In this document: piece by piece, positions 1-9,966 of the stretch | Position numbering within the stretch: the first letter of the stretch is position 1 | How the letters are laid out: each line of letters opens with the position of its first letter | Source of the DNA: a virus | Reading direction: 5' to 3' (one strand) | DNA: 64,000 bases | Virus record (IMG/VR): IMGVR_UViG_3300044614_002617 | Coordinates: 46,368 to 110,367 of that record | Position numbers and translations under genes: made by a program | The notes under the pieces: generated by a model | What the model was told of the DNA's origin: nothing | The model's database searches: none | The model's input: only the letters and a program-made list of their open reading frames with translations

Positions 1-850
1 CTTCCATTTTTCTTGGGCAATTTGAAAAATCCCAAAAGTTTAAATTCCAATCTGATTCGCAAAAATTACAAATTATATTCGGAACAACCGGAATCGTTTG
101 GGCTATGCCTCTATACGGAATGCGCAATTCAGGCTTAATTGTAGTAAAACCGCATACCACTGGAGTTTGGGTTGTCCATGCAATGTGAATAGGGCCGCCA
201 TCCATACCAACAACGGCTCTAGACTTGCTCATAATAGCAGCAAGCTCTCTAAATGATGTTTTATCTCTTAAGTCTACTCCAAATCCCGGATACTCAAAGT
301 CGCTCATTGCCAAATTGTTTTTCCATATACTGATAGATCCTGTTTTTCCTACATAAACAGGAATCAGCCCTTTTGCATAAACGTATTCCGCTATTTTTTT
401 AATTTCGGTTGGCAGAATAGTTCTTTGCTTATCTCTGTATGTAGTTATGATTACAACCGCTTTACTGAAATCTACGCCGTACTTACTAACATCCACTGGC
501 TTTAGGGGCACATATTGCAATTCAGCGTCGCTGAGTATTTTTGCCATTAAGCCAATACAAGCGTAGTGAGTTAACTTAAGCCTCGAAGGAGTCAGCTTAC
601 ATAGATTGCCGCCCGGAGCAGGAATATTTAGATAGCGAACTGAATAATCTTTGTCGTAACTTCCGCTGATTTCTGTAAATTTTTCTTCTGGAACAAAAGG
701 AAACAAATCTTTAAAATCTGGATAGATTCCAACTTTATAGTCGGTTTGCTGATGATACGTTTCGATTGCATGCTTAAGAATAGGAGCAGCGGCAATCAAG
801 TCACCTACGGCGGCGCTATTAAGGCAATAAATTGTTTTATTCGCAAACAT
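1..850 (-). CDS. Glycosyltransferase family 9 (heptosyltransferase-like), 3' end outside window
   Basis: Not in ORF track; translated by hand from ATG at 850: MFANKTIYCLNSAAVGDLIAAAPILK...DLRDKTSFRELAAIMSKSRAVVGMDGGPIHIAW...CNFC. The N-terminal GD, DL..KTS..ELAA and DGGPxHIA motifs are typical of GT9. Confidence 0.85.
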   Translation of the reverse strand, partial: MFANKTIYCLNSAAVGDLIAAAPILKHAIETYHQQTDYKVGIYPDFKDLFPFVPEEKFTEISGSYDKDYSVRYLNIPAPGGNLCKLTPSRLKLTHYACIGLMAKILSDAELQYVPLKPVDVSKYGVDFSKAVVIITTYRDKQRTILPTEIKKIAEYVYAKGLIPVYVGKTGSISIWKNNLAMSDFEYPGFGVDLRDKTSFRELAAIMSKSRAVVGMDGGPIHIAWTTQTPVVCGFTTIKPELRIPYRGIAQTIPVVPNIICNFCESDWNLNFWDFSNCPRKME

Positions 851-852
851 AA

Positions 853-2304
853 TCAAACCTCTTTATAAACAATATCATCCGTTATTGTTTCATAAACGCC
901 ATATCTTGATTTAGCATACTGTTTAAAAATATCAAAGAACTTTTCGCTATCACTATTCCAAATTCCATAACCAGCAGTTGTAATATCAATAAAGATAAGT
1001 TTTTTTCCTTTCTTGTACCGTAACCCACGACCAATAACCTGTCGAGTCAGAGCCTCCGCCGAGTTTTGAACGCAAGAAATCATAAAGTCAACATCGGGCA
1101 AGTCGATGCCCTCTCCCAGTAGGCTGCTGTTGGAAACCAGCAAATTAGTCTTTCCGTCTTTGAATTTATAAAAAGGATTTCGATAGCCACTGTGGGCGGG
1201 CTCGCAGTTTACTCCCATCTCAGTTGCATATTCACAAAATTCTGCTGATGGCTCTACGGTTTTAAATAGTACCAAGACCTTAAGGCCTCTGTTTAGTCCA
1301 CTTTTTACTAAATTAAGCACCGTATGAAGTGCTTTTTCATGAGTCGAAAGCATCTTATAAGCTGTCTGCTGATGGGTCATCTCTCGAACGCGCCCCAGTC
1401 CAGTGACCGTAAGGCAAGTGATGGCTACGGGACAAAGGTACTCATTATCAATAGCCCACTTACTGTCTCTTTGAAAGACGATAGGCCCAACAATTCCATG
1501 AAAGCCCAACTCTAAATTATCCGCTCTAACTGGCGTTGCGGTAAACCCATAAATATATTTAGCTCGACTTCCAAAAATAGCCAGCTCTTTATACATATTA
1601 GAGGAGGAATGGTGAGCTTCGTCAATAATAATAGCATCGAAGATGTCTGAATAGTTACGGCCACTATTAACAGTAGCAATAGCAATATCAACACCCTCTT
1701 TAAATTTATGTTTTCCACCGATGCCGCAACTTTTAGGAGCAATCTGTTTGATATCTTTAAGCATCTGAGAGATAAGTTCGACAGTGGGAACAACGATGAG
1801 GACTCGGAGGCCGCGCTCGATGAGGGCGCGGCTTAGTAGACTGATACACATTGACTTGCCAGTTCCTGTAGGCAGGACAATACAACCTCTCTTGTACTGA
1901 AGGGCTGTTCTGACTGCTTCGGCTTGATAGTCTCTTGGAACTTTAGGTCCAACGGGAGATAGGTTAAGCTCTCTGTCTTTTTCTTTATGGCCTTCCATAT
2001 TGGGAACAAGCCACCAGAATCCGGGAGGTACGCTCAAAGTACCGTCTTCATTATCGCCATAAAACTCAACTTTGGTTTCTAACTCTAACTGTTTAATTTC
2101 ATTTTTAATTTTGATTGCGTGTTTGTCGTTGTAAGGTTTTTGGCGTTTGAGTTGTTTAATCTTTGAAATAACGCCCTTATTTTCAACCGTCAAGAGTTTC
2201 TTGACAGTTTCAAGTACGTCTGAAGAGCCAGACAGGGTAATTTCATTATTTTTATATTCACCTATAAGACCGTGTATGGGCTCAAAGGCATTATCTTTAG
2301 CCAT
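853..2304 (-). CDS. SF2 DEAD/DEAH-box helicase (UvsW-like)
   Basis: RDYQ, LPTGTGKS (Walker A), IIDEAHH, TATP, EGIDLP and QVIGRGLR motifs. Confidence 0.9.
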   Translation of the reverse strand: MAKDNAFEPIHGLIGEYKNNEITLSGSSDVLETVKKLLTVENKGVISKIKQLKRQKPYNDKHAIKIKNEIKQLELETKVEFYGDNEDGTLSVPPGFWWLVPNMEGHKEKDRELNLSPVGPKVPRDYQAEAVRTALQYKRGCIVLPTGTGKSMCISLLSRALIERGLRVLIVVPTVELISQMLKDIKQIAPKSCGIGGKHKFKEGVDIAIATVNSGRNYSDIFDAIIIDEAHHSSSNMYKELAIFGSRAKYIYGFTATPVRADNLELGFHGIVGPIVFQRDSKWAIDNEYLCPVAITCLTVTGLGRVREMTHQQTAYKMLSTHEKALHTVLNLVKSGLNRGLKVLVLFKTVEPSAEFCEYATEMGVNCEPAHSGYRNPFYKFKDGKTNLLVSNSSLLGEGIDLPDVDFMISCVQNSAEALTRQVIGRGLRYKKGKKLIFIDITTAGYGIWNSDSEKFFDIFKQYAKSRYGVYETITDDIVYKEV

Positions 2305-2322
2305 AAGTTCTCCGTTTTGTTT

Positions 2323-2351
2323 GTATTACCAAACACAAACATATGAGTCAA
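2323..2351 (-). promoter_or_regulatory. sigma70-type promoter for the helicase/GT9 operon
   Basis: Minus strand TTGACT-N17-TAATAC with TG extension. Confidence 0.55.
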
Positions 2352-2387
2352 TGATAAAATATAACAAGTATTTCATAGGGGTTTCAG

Positions 2388-3170
2388 ATGGGACTAAAAG
2401 TCTTTGGATTGGGTGCAGTACAATCAGTCGATAAACAAGGCGAACTGATTGAAATTGCTAATATTGATACATCCAATCTACGTATGATTACAGACGAGCA
2501 TAATTCTGACCAAAAGGGAGCTTGGTGTATTGTTGGCGGGATTACTGCCCACAAAAAGATTATGTCTGAAAAAGACTGCGAAACTCCCCGTCAAAAGAAG
2601 TGCTGGGACTTGGTAAAAGTTCCATATCTTTATGTTGAAGGAGAACTCGCCGATGGACACCCTAACGCTGACGCCGCTGCTGCTCTTATCCGGTACACTG
2701 CTGCTAATCCTGATATTCCCCTAAAGATCGGTATGTCAATTGAAGGGCTTATCTTGAAACGCGGTGGCCCAGAGGGCTCTGCCGAGCATAAAGTCATCAA
2801 GCAATCTTCTGCGGACGCTATCGCTATTACGGCCAAACCCTGTAATCCACAGGCCCAAATGTTTCCAATGAACGATCTTATGAAATCTTCGATTGAGCCT
2901 CCCCCTGCAGAATATCTACAGAAGTTCATGAAGTCCGAAGGGGCTACCGAGTCGTTTAAACACCGCCCAGAAATTCGTCTTCAGCAGAAGCTCCAAGAGT
3001 TGAAAAAATCTTTGGAAGATGTTTTAAAAGGTGGTACATGCTCTGTTAAGTGCTGGAACTGTGGTGACACTGAGCGCATGTTCAAAGCATCGAGAGAGTG
3101 GAGCAATCGTTGCAAAAAATGCGGAGATGCTCGTAGTATGAAAGACATCTGGAACGCTTTAAACCAATAA
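2388..3170 (+). CDS. HK97-family prohead (capsid maturation) protease with C-terminal Zn-ribbon extension
   Basis: VDKQGE, DEHN (His), LYVEGEL, GMSIEG (Ser) and AITAKPCNPQA motifs; C-terminal CWNC...CKKC. Confidence 0.8.
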   Translation: MGLKVFGLGAVQSVDKQGELIEIANIDTSNLRMITDEHNSDQKGAWCIVGGITAHKKIMSEKDCETPRQKKCWDLVKVPYLYVEGELADGHPNADAAAALIRYTAANPDIPLKIGMSIEGLILKRGGPEGSAEHKVIKQSSADAIAITAKPCNPQAQMFPMNDLMKSSIEPPPAEYLQKFMKSEGATESFKHRPEIRLQQKLQELKKSLEDVLKGGTCSVKCWNCGDTERMFKASREWSNRCKKCGDARSMKDIWNALNQ

Positions 3171-3179
3171 GAGGATGAT

Positions 3180-3557
3180 ATGCCAAACATTTTTTCTGAC
3201 AATGGTGTAGCTGGACTAAAGCTAGATTACGGCGAAGCAACAAAAGCCGCTTTGGCTGCAGCCACGGAGCTTGCCCCGGTAATGTTGATTACGTTGGCAG
3301 ATCAGTCTCATAAAATTATTTTCCATAATGATTCTGACCAAGAAGTGCAAGTTTTGATTGCAAACCCATCTAGCTTGGAAGGAGCTTGGCAAAAACTACT
3401 TTGTCTTGCTCCCGGGCAAAGTTTGCCAATTGAAAACTATGCTGGGCCTATGTGCCTATTTCCGCCTCGCACTAAATTTGCAGCATATTCTCTTGGATCG
3501 CATGTTGGAATCGCCGATCCGGAAGGCAAGTGCAGAGTTTACGCTTGGTTGGCGTAA
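3180..3557 (+). CDS. Hypothetical protein, probably virion-associated
   Basis: ORF with AGAGGA RBS directly after the protease; followed by a terminator. Confidence 0.6.
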   Translation: MPNIFSDNGVAGLKLDYGEATKAALAAATELAPVMLITLADQSHKIIFHNDSDQEVQVLIANPSSLEGAWQKLLCLAPGQSLPIENYAGPMCLFPPRTKFAAYSLGSHVGIADPEGKCRVYAWLA

Positions 3558-3563
3558 ATAATT

Positions 3564-3589
3564 AAGGGGAGCTATGCTCCCCTTTTTTT
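3564..3589. terminator. Intrinsic terminator between convergent genes
   Basis: AAGGGGAGC-tat-GCTCCCCTT followed by a T run. Confidence 0.8.
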
Positions 3590-4139
3590 ATTTCTTGCCC
3601 AGTCTTGCTACTTCTTGAACTATCACATCAAAGACAGAAGTGCTTCTCTCGTCAGCCATCTCAAGTAGTCGCTTCAGAAGAAGCTCAAGGGTTTTATTAG
3701 CTATTTGTTTATCGTAATCAGCCTGAGCAGCCCCATGAACAATAATGCGATAATCACCCGTCGTAGCAACATCCTGGGTTTTATCTTTTAGAACCTTTGA
3801 AAGAACTTCTGGCTTTTTTGACCTCGCTTTTGATGGGGTTTTCTTAGAAGAATTATTAAGAACAAACACATCTGGCTTGGGTGTAGGCTTAGCAACGGAT
3901 GCCTTCTTGGATTTATTTTTTGATTTCTTGGAGGCAAACTCAGCCCTTAGTGCACTCAAGATTGGCAGCTCTTCAGAGGCGTTTTCTTTGTTTTCTTCTT
4001 GGTTAAGTGCCTGCTTAGCCTCCTCAAGAGAGGAAAACCGTCCCAAGTAGATCCTCTTGGAGTCACGAACGACTCTGACAAGATATTTACGTTCAGTTGC
4101 GCTGTAAGAAATACCCTTAATTCCAATTTTCATAATCAT
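3588..4139 (-). CDS. AP2-domain DNA-binding protein
   Basis: N-terminal KGISY...KYLVRV..DSKRIYLGRFSSLEEAKQA matches the AP2 pattern; Lys-rich linker follows. Confidence 0.7.
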   Translation of the reverse strand: MIMKIGIKGISYSATERKYLVRVVRDSKRIYLGRFSSLEEAKQALNQEENKENASEELPILSALRAEFASKKSKNKSKKASVAKPTPKPDVFVLNNSSKKTPSKARSKKPEVLSKVLKDKTQDVATTGDYRIIVHGAAQADYDKQIANKTLELLLKRLLEMADERSTSVFDVIVQEVARLGKK

Positions 4140-4399
4140 TCTCCCTCTTTAACAAATCTTTTGGTTACTGCACACCACTCTCCAAACATTCCATCGCGAG
4201 CAAAACGCCTATTGTCTTCAGCGGGATCGCCCACATGAAGATGAGCAAGCCCTAGTTCATCCAATCTATGAACAGCCAAATTGAACATAGATGGCGCGTA
4301 GGTGCTACGCTCGTCGGCGTATCTTTGAGCCATCCACATGGTATCTTCAATAATCTGTTTTAGTTTTTCATTTTCTTCCTTTAATTTTTTCATCGTCAC
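4136..4399 (-). CDS. Hypothetical protein
   Basis: ORF with GGGAGG RBS, overlaps the next gene. Confidence 0.65.
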   Translation of the reverse strand: MTMKKLKEENEKLKQIIEDTMWMAQRYADERSTYAPSMFNLAVHRLDELGLAHLHVGDPAEDNRRFARDGMFGEWCAVTKRFVKEGE

Positions 4400-4487
4400 A
4401 GGACACCTCCCTTTCGCTGATAGTTAGCAGCAGCATCAAAGAAGATACCAAAACAGTCCCAAAAATTGCAAGAAGAATATTTTGCAT
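4368..4487 (-). CDS. Small membrane peptide (39 aa)
   Basis: Hand translation MQNILLAIFGTVLVSSLMLLLTISEREVSCDDEKIKGRK; G-rich RBS; first ORF after the sigma28-like promoter. Confidence 0.5.
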   Translation of the reverse strand: MQNILLAIFGTVLVSSLMLLLTISEREVSCDDEKIKGRK

Positions 4488-4508
4488 AACTTACCCCCCA
4501 TATCCTTC

Positions 4509-4535
4509 TATTCGGAAATTGCTTGAAAAACTTTA
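4509..4535 (-). promoter_or_regulatory. sigma28/FliA-type promoter
   Basis: Minus strand TAAAGTTT-N11-TCCGAATA; consensus is TAAAGTTT-N11-GCCGATAA. Confidence 0.7.
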
Positions 4536-4592
4536 GCCGTTATTGTAAAATAAGCCTATATTGTTGCACCCAAAATTCCCTAAGAGGGCAAA

Positions 4593-7500
4593 ATGTCTGA
4601 AATTTTACACAAAGACTTGATTGGCGAAGACATTCACGAGTTGCGTATTGCGATTGGATCGTCTGCCCCTTCTTCTATGCCTTTGTTTGTCGGGCAGGGA
4701 TATTACGATATTGTCAATAAAAAGTTTTATGTTTCGCAAGGAACGGCTACAATTTCTGATTGGGTTACCACGGAAATCCCTCCCTTTTTAGCATTTATGG
4801 ATACAAGGACTATTACTTGGACTTCTAATACAGCTGGAAATCAAATCACTTACAGCGCAAATGTTGAAGAGGCTGAGCTAATCCTTACATCTGAAAATGT
4901 TACTGATTTTTCAAATGCTGTTTTGACTATTCCTCAAATTGTTTCCTTGTTGGCGGATCAACACACTCGTTTGATTATGAGAACCGGCGGCGAACCTCAG
5001 CCAACTGTTTGGAATCCTGTTTATTTCAATGGTCTAGAGCTCGATAGCGATTCTCAAAAAATCAGATTGTCACAAGATTTGTCGGATATTGGTACTCCTA
5101 CTTTTAATGAAGTGACGCTTACTGTTAGAGCAAAAACCCCTATCCTAACTTTGACTCCGGATGGTGTGCCCGCTTCCGCATCGCTTTATCTTGATGCTGA
5201 TAAAGGCATGGTTGCAAGAGGATACGCTGGTTCAACGTCTAGCTTTACGCTTCAGAACGAGGCTGGCACGGACGTACTTAACAATCCGGTTGGTTCTAAT
5301 CAACTAATCGCCCCCTCGCTAGCGGCTGGAGCTGGAGCGTCGGGCGTGGTGCATTCCAACGCAAACGGTCTTTTAAGTGCATCTAAAATTGTCGATGCAG
5401 ACGTTGATGCTGCAGCGGCAATTCAGGGAACCAAAATCGTCCCTGATTTTGGAAGTCAAGATATTACGACAACTGGCAGTATTTTTGTTGATACAATTGA
5501 ATCGAATACTGATGATATTGGTATTTTGACAGGAAACGCAAACAAAAATATTTCGATTGGTACAGGCTCTGGATACAATACAATTACGCTTGGCGGCATA
5601 AACTCTACCGTTAATATCTCAGGAGCAACATACACCACTCCAATTGAGTATGTCTCTGAAGATAAAAACATTGTCGTAAACTTTAATGCATCTGGCCAGG
5701 ATTCGCAGGACTCAGGCGTTTATGTTCAAGAAGAATACGCCGGTGCTCATATTGATTTGTTGGATGTCACCTGGCAATCTGGAAATACAGTTAGATATGC
5801 AGTTGACGGAGCCGGAAGCGGAGTTGATGGGCTTACTGCCGGCGAATATATTCGTGTTACTGGTTTTGTAAACAGTCAAAATAATGGAACTTTTAAGGCA
5901 CTTACGGTAGATCCTGCATATATTGATGCCATTAACCCTAAAAGAACTGATGCCTCATTAGACGAAACCGGAGTTGCTGCTTCAAGCGCAGCTCGTTTGT
6001 TGCTAAACGGATATGTTCATGTGGGCTCTACTCGCATGAGCTGGGAAGTTCGAGCGCCTGCTCACTTGGGAATTATTGAACTAAAACCACAAGCAGTTGC
6101 AAAAACATTACTTTTAACTAGCGAATCCGCAGACAACGTAACCGTTAAATTTAATACAAATTTGACGATTGATCAAGATTTGCAAAAAACCTCGGCGGTT
6201 GAGTTTTCTGAACTAACGGTTTCTGATTTAACTACGGGCGTTCTGCATGCCGATGTGGACGGCAAGGTCTCTTCATCTTTGATTGTTAATGCCGATGTTG
6301 ACGGTGCGGCTGCAATTGCAGGAACTAAAATTGTTCCTGACTTTGGAAGCCAAGATATTACAACGACTGGGCACTCTTCTTCTGCAAGTGTAAAAATTAC
6401 CGGCACTGAACCAGTTGGAGGAGCTAATTTATTTTCTAGCCCCTCTAATGGATTAGTAGTTAGGGGAATTGCAGGAACAGGTTCTCAATTTAAATTTATA
6501 AGTGATTTGGGTGTAAATTTAGTAACAATTTCAGACACATCTGTTACTCTACATAACTTAACAAGTGGCCTAGTTAAATCATCCGCAGGTGTACTGTCGT
6601 CTTCCTTGCTTGTTGATGCCGATGTTGATGCAGCGGCTAATATTCAGGGCAGTAAGATTGAAGCGGCTAGTGCAACAAATGCGGGCGCCGTTACTACATC
6701 TTCGCAGTCATTTTCTGGAGATAAAACATTTACCGGAAGCTTAACTTTTTCTAGTTTTGCTACGGCGGGAGTCGTTCATAACGATGAATACGGTTTGTTG
6801 TCTACATCGTTAATAATGAACGCCGACGTTGATCCAATGGCAGCGATTTCTGCTTCTAAAATCGCCAATCAGCCAGCAGGAAACATTGCAGCCACGGACG
6901 TTCAAAGTGCGATCAATGAGATTGACACGGACAAAGTAGCAAAAGCCGGCGATAGTATGACCGGCAACCTATCCTTTTCCTCAAATTTTGGAATTGAGTC
7001 ATCAGCCGCCTTAAGCACTTTAAATGTTGGTACCGCTCCAAACACTTCTGTTCTTAATTTAGGAACAGGAAGCTCAACGAATGTGATTAATTTGGGAACG
7101 GGCTCTGGCGTAACCACAATTAATATTGGTGGCGCAGGCGATACAATTAATATTACGGGCACCCTAAACAGCGTTAATGTTACAGACATGGATGTAACTG
7201 ATAAAAATATTACGCTCAATAAACAAGGGGCACTAGCATCCGGAGACGGCGCCGGCCTTAATATTGAAGAAAATGCAGTTATTGCTGGATATGCTAAAGT
7301 TATAAACAGCCGAACAAGTTGGGGCTTTAAAGCGCCAGCAAATCAAGGAGAAGTTCAATTAACACCACCCGTTGGCTCATATATTGCAGAATTTAAGATC
7401 CCCGCATTAACAGCGTCGGCAGTTTATACGTTCCCCGCCGCAACCGACACCTTGGTTGGCCGAAATAGCACTGATAGTTTGTCTAACAAAACTCTTCTTG

Positions 7501-9500
7501 ATCCGATTATTGATCAGATTAGTCCGTACAACGTAGATAAAACACTAAAAATTAACAGTACGGCAGCATTAAAAATTCCTGCTGGAACCGACGCACAGCG
7601 AGCTGCGTTTACTGCAGAAGACGGAATGGTTAGGTACAATACAACAAGTAATTTTTTTGAAGGTCATTCAGGCGGCGGGTGGTCACCGCTAAGCGGAGGA
7701 AAGGTTGTTACCGTATCTTCTTTTACTACTTTATCTAATGAAATTAGATATTTAACAAACACATTTGCGGCACCGTTTGCGGTTACCTTGCCATTTGGCG
7801 TTTTAAATTCAAGAATTGAAATCAAAGATTCTACATATACATGGAAAAACAACAACCTAACTGTTATCCCTGCATCGGGGCAAAGGATCGATGGGTTTGC
7901 GATCGATGAGCATTTAGTTTGCGATGTTGACGGTGGATGGATTACCCTAGATTGGGATTCTGCTAACTCTCGATGGAATCTTTCAACCAACGCAATTGTT
8001 GACCTAAACGACACATACGCGACTGAGAGTTATGCCGGTATTGTTAGCACAGGGATTCAAACTTTTGCAGGCACAAAGACTTTTAACGATGGAATTGTGC
8101 TAAAAACAAATACAACTCCTGCGATTGCTCCCGCAGATGGGATTCAGGTTTACGCCAAAAATGATAACAAACTATACACGCTTAACTCTTTGGGTATTGA
8201 GCAGGCGGTTGGTTCCGGCGGATCTGTACTGTCTATTTCTCAAGCCGCACATGGTTTTACATTTAACGATATCGGTCGTCCCTTGTATCTTAACGGTTCA
8301 GTATATGCTTTTGCGCAAGCTGATACTGAAGCAAAAGCCGAAGTTGCTGCTCTGCTTAGTCGCGTTGTTGATGTTGATAATTTTGAAATTTGTCTTGGCG
8401 GGGAAGTGTCACCAGTTGGCGCAAACTTGATCGTCGGTGGCGGCGCTCTTACACCCGGAGAAGTGTATTTCCTCTCCGCATCCGAAGCTGGTAAGATTTC
8501 AACTACTCCACCTTCTGTTGTAGGTCAAATTTCCAAGCCCGTTGGTATTGCCCGAACTACGACTGAGCTTGATTTCTTCAATATGACCGGTTCTACAGTT
8601 GGCGGCACAAACGTATACACGCAGATTGGCCTTACTAATAACGCGGTTACAACCATTCAAAATGCTTCGGCTTATGACAGCGTTGAGCTTTCTGGTTGGG
8701 TTTATGTTAACGCAACTGTTAAATATCGTTTTGCTATCAAAGTTCAGGTAACTAAAAAGGGCGATAATACTAATTATTTGGTAAGCTTCCAACATTCCGG
8801 TGACACTCCACCGTCTGGATTTGACGTTGACGCTACGGCGGCTGGTCTTGTGCAAGTCACATTACCCTCAATTGCCGGATTCACGTCTGCAGTTATTCAG
8901 TTTAATCTAAATGGCCCTGCGGTTGGCGCTAGCTTGCCGTTGCAAATCGAATCAACTAATGTAAGTTTTAGTACGGTACAGGCTAAAGATAGTACCGGTA
9001 TTGCCTTTAAAAATTCATCCGGAACCACGGTCGCAACCTTAAATAATAGCGGCCATTTACTTTTGCCAAAAATTCCAGCGTTTTATGCATGGCGGCCTGG
9101 TGGCAATCAATCGACTTTAACGGGTGCGTTTGGAACGATTGCGCCCGTATTTAACACAACAAGAGTAAATGTTGATAACTGTTATAACACAACAAATGGT
9201 CGTTTTACCGCACCAGTTGCGGGTATTTATGAATTCCAGTTTGGCATTACCGCAAGATGGGTGTCTGCGGTAGGAAATCTAGAACCAACATTCTATGTAG
9301 ATGGTTCAAATGTTTCACCCAGAGGTTGTGGATATACAACATTAACTGCGGTTCAAGACCACGACTTTATGCATGTTTATGTAATGGTATCGCTCAATGC
9401 CGGACAATACGTTCAGTGCGGAATTCATGCTTGCTCCGCAGGTGTTGATTACTACTATGGTGAAAATTTAGCGTATTTTTCTGGTAAATTAATAGGTTAA
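4593..9500 (+). CDS. Large tail fibre / receptor-binding protein with C-terminal C1q-like head
   Basis: 1635 aa; internal SSLIVxADVDxxAAIxGTKI repeats, QxFxGxKTF motifs, TLP-containing gp9/gp10-like domain, C-terminal PAF...YNTTNGRFTAPVAGIYEF...FSGKLIG. Confidence 0.85.
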   Translation: MSEILHKDLIGEDIHELRIAIGSSAPSSMPLFVGQGYYDIVNKKFYVSQGTATISDWVTTEIPPFLAFMDTRTITWTSNTAGNQITYSANVEEAELILTSENVTDFSNAVLTIPQIVSLLADQHTRLIMRTGGEPQPTVWNPVYFNGLELDSDSQKIRLSQDLSDIGTPTFNEVTLTVRAKTPILTLTPDGVPASASLYLDADKGMVARGYAGSTSSFTLQNEAGTDVLNNPVGSNQLIAPSLAAGAGASGVVHSNANGLLSASKIVDADVDAAAAIQGTKIVPDFGSQDITTTGSIFVDTIESNTDDIGILTGNANKNISIGTGSGYNTITLGGINSTVNISGATYTTPIEYVSEDKNIVVNFNASGQDSQDSGVYVQEEYAGAHIDLLDVTWQSGNTVRYAVDGAGSGVDGLTAGEYIRVTGFVNSQNNGTFKALTVDPAYIDAINPKRTDASLDETGVAASSAARLLLNGYVHVGSTRMSWEVRAPAHLGIIELKPQAVAKTLLLTSESADNVTVKFNTNLTIDQDLQKTSAVEFSELTVSDLTTGVLHADVDGKVSSSLIVNADVDGAAAIAGTKIVPDFGSQDITTTGHSSSASVKITGTEPVGGANLFSSPSNGLVVRGIAGTGSQFKFISDLGVNLVTISDTSVTLHNLTSGLVKSSAGVLSSSLLVDADVDAAANIQGSKIEAASATNAGAVTTSSQSFSGDKTFTGSLTFSSFATAGVVHNDEYGLLSTSLIMNADVDPMAAISASKIANQPAGNIAATDVQSAINEIDTDKVAKAGDSMTGNLSFSSNFGIESSAALSTLNVGTAPNTSVLNLGTGSSTNVINLGTGSGVTTINIGGAGDTINITGTLNSVNVTDMDVTDKNITLNKQGALASGDGAGLNIEENAVIAGYAKVINSRTSWGFKAPANQGEVQLTPPVGSYIAEFKIPALTASAVYTFPAATDTLVGRNSTDSLSNKTLLDPIIDQISPYNVDKTLKINSTAALKIPAGTDAQRAAFTAEDGMVRYNTTSNFFEGHSGGGWSPLSGGKVVTVSSFTTLSNEIRYLTNTFAAPFAVTLPFGVLNSRIEIKDSTYTWKNNNLTVIPASGQRIDGFAIDEHLVCDVDGGWITLDWDSANSRWNLSTNAIVDLNDTYATESYAGIVSTGIQTFAGTKTFNDGIVLKTNTTPAIAPADGIQVYAKNDNKLYTLNSLGIEQAVGSGGSVLSISQAAHGFTFNDIGRPLYLNGSVYAFAQADTEAKAEVAALLSRVVDVDNFEICLGGEVSPVGANLIVGGGALTPGEVYFLSASEAGKISTTPPSVVGQISKPVGIARTTTELDFFNMTGSTVGGTNVYTQIGLTNNAVTTIQNASAYDSVELSGWVYVNATVKYRFAIKVQVTKKGDNTNYLVSFQHSGDTPPSGFDVDATAAGLVQVTLPSIAGFTSAVIQFNLNGPAVGASLPLQIESTNVSFSTVQAKDSTGIAFKNSSGTTVATLNNSGHLLLPKIPAFYAWRPGGNQSTLTGAFGTIAPVFNTTRVNVDNCYNTTNGRFTAPVAGIYEFQFGITARWVSAVGNLEPTFYVDGSNVSPRGCGYTTLTAVQDHDFMHVYVMVSLNAGQYVQCGIHACSAGVDYYYGENLAYFSGKLIG

Positions 9501-9511
9501 CGGAGTAAAAC

Positions 9512-9964
9512 ATGGCAAAAACTACATTAATAGAAAAAGGCCAAATACTCCAATGCGCATATTATGGGGAGTTTAACGGCAGCGGTTCTAACAACAACTG
9601 GTCTTTGGTTTTAGGAACTGCGGCATTCACTCCAAGAAAAGCAAATTCTCAAATCTTAATAATGTACAACGGTACTCTTTATAACAACTCAACGCCATCC
9701 TCCGCAGGTGGTGGAGCGCGATTAAAAAGAAATGGAGTTGTGATTCAGTCTGCTCAAAATGCGGATGGTGGAGGAACATCGCCATATGCAATGTATGCTT
9801 CTGGGTTGGGTAATATGGCTACGAGACTTCATTACCAATACTTAGATACACCAAATACAACATCATCAATTAATTATTCAATAGAAGTATGTTCATATAC
9901 TTCACCTGGTTCATCATTTACTGCGTTTGGTTGGTCAGTAGTGATAATGGAGATAGCGGGGTAA
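9512..9964 (+). CDS. Small fibre-tip-like beta-sandwich protein
   Basis: GQILQ...FTP..ANSQILI...DTPNTTSSINY...IMEIAG pattern seen at phage fibre C-termini. Confidence 0.65.
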   Translation: MAKTTLIEKGQILQCAYYGEFNGSGSNNNWSLVLGTAAFTPRKANSQILIMYNGTLYNNSTPSSAGGGARLKRNGVVIQSAQNADGGGTSPYAMYASGLGNMATRLHYQYLDTPNTTSSINYSIEVCSYTSPGSSFTAFGWSVVIMEIAG

Positions 9965-9966
9965 GT

